Below are positions 62,970 to 64,000 of a stretch of 64,000 nucleotides of DNA, one piece after another. This DNA comes from Eledone cirrhosa (lineage: Eukaryota). Location: NCBI GenBank assembly GCA_964016885.1, contig OZ024745.1:13516001-13580000 (forward strand). Reading direction: 5' to 3'. A model generated the notes under the pieces. The model saw nothing but the letters and a program-made list of their open reading frames with translations. It did not search any database and was not told where the DNA came from. Position 1 is the first letter of the stretch, and each line of letters starts with the position of its first letter. A program made the translations under genes and the position numbers.

Positions 62970-64000
62970 TTAGAAAGGTCCGAATTTTAGGGCATTGAGT
63001 ACTGGTTGAAATTTATTGATGAAATGTGTTTCCTTATTGGTATGTTGGATGAAAGTAGCGTTGTCTATGAATTTGTAAATGGGGAAAATTTTAAAGTTTG
63101 GAAGTTGGTTGAGAGCACAGTTGGAGATATGTTCACTAAATGCAATCTTTCTGTATTCCTGTATTTTAATTTGTGATTTATGGACTTTATAGTGCTCTAG
63201 ACAACATGAGCAAGTCAAAACATAGATAAGGTTTTCAGATGCACATGTAAACTTATGTTTAACTGTGAAACGCCCTTGTTTAAAATGGAATGTTGAACCT
63301 TCTATTAGATTTATGCATATGCCACAGTTGGGCCTTCCGCATTTTGTTACTGTAGGGTTTGTTGTGAGGGTTGGTTGGATTTTGGCTTGTGTGAGGATGT
63401 TTTTTATGGATTTAGGTTGTCTTTTGCTCTTTATGATGTTGTGTGTTTGGAGGATATTGTTCATTCTTGGGTCTCTTTTTAGTAAAGGAATGTTCTGGAG
63501 AATGGTGTCGAATGCCTCATTGTTGAGGGGATTGTGTGTGGAGATGTATGGTAGAGTTTTTTTGTTGCGGTTCACTCCTGGGTTTGGGGTGTCTGAGTTC
63601 CTGGATGTCTAGTTTTAGGGCACGTTGGAATCCATTGGTGATTAGGGATGGTGGGTAGTTTCTGCTGATAAGTGTGTTTTTTTAATCATTCTAGTCGTGT
63701 GTAGCATGTGTATTTATCTGAAACTATTGTGTAGATCCTTCTGGCTAAGTTATAAGGAATTGCCATTTTGGTATGGCAAGGGTGGCACGAGTTAAATGTA
63801 AGATATTGTTTGGAGTCTGTGGATTTGTAGTATATGTCTGTTTCTATTTTGTTGTTTGTTTTCTTGATGAGGATGTCGAGGAAAGGGAGTTGTTTATGGC
63901 TGTAATCCATTGTAAATTGTAAATTTGTGTTGAGTCCATTTAGAAGGGTTTTAAACTCAATCAGTCTTTCTATACTTTCATGCCAGAGGATGGAGCAGTC
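62970..64000 (-). pseudogene. Penelope-like element (Neptune-type) RT thumb + Cys-rich linker + GIY-YIG, frameshifted
   Basis: LPFLDILI...DIYYKSTDSKQYL..SCHP.HTK.AIPY; CGRPNCGIC...FTCASENLIYVLTC; KE..FINKFQP.LN; the YIG region is deleted; continues past the window end. Confidence 0.9.

Overview
Eukaryotic, AT-rich, repeat-saturated DNA. The repeat content (MetaSINE-like tRNA SINEs, (TA)n/(TG)n/(ATGT)n microsatellites, RTE, Dong/R4, Penelope-like and Helitron elements) resembles an octopus or other coleoid genome, but this is inference. The only intact protein-coding sequence is a full-length RTE-clade LINE ORF (7206-10751) with an APE endonuclease, a reverse transcriptase and three C-terminal C2H2 fingers. 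It lies in an (ATGT)n field between two almost identical copies of a non-autonomous RTE-derived element. The rest is degenerate TE fragments (RTE, R4/Dong, Tx1, Penelope-like, Helitron, hAT), about 20 SINE copies, large simple repeats and a few weak host-exon candidates. The most notable unannotated signal is a set of (TA)n-associated Penelope-like terminal fragments. Several carry intact or degenerate minimal hammerhead ribozymes, and many form fold-back palindromes, including a 5-copy ~190-bp hairpin-capped family whose two arms share copy-specific variants. Nearly all ORFs in the supplied track are microsatellite artefacts. All alignments and folds below were done by eye.
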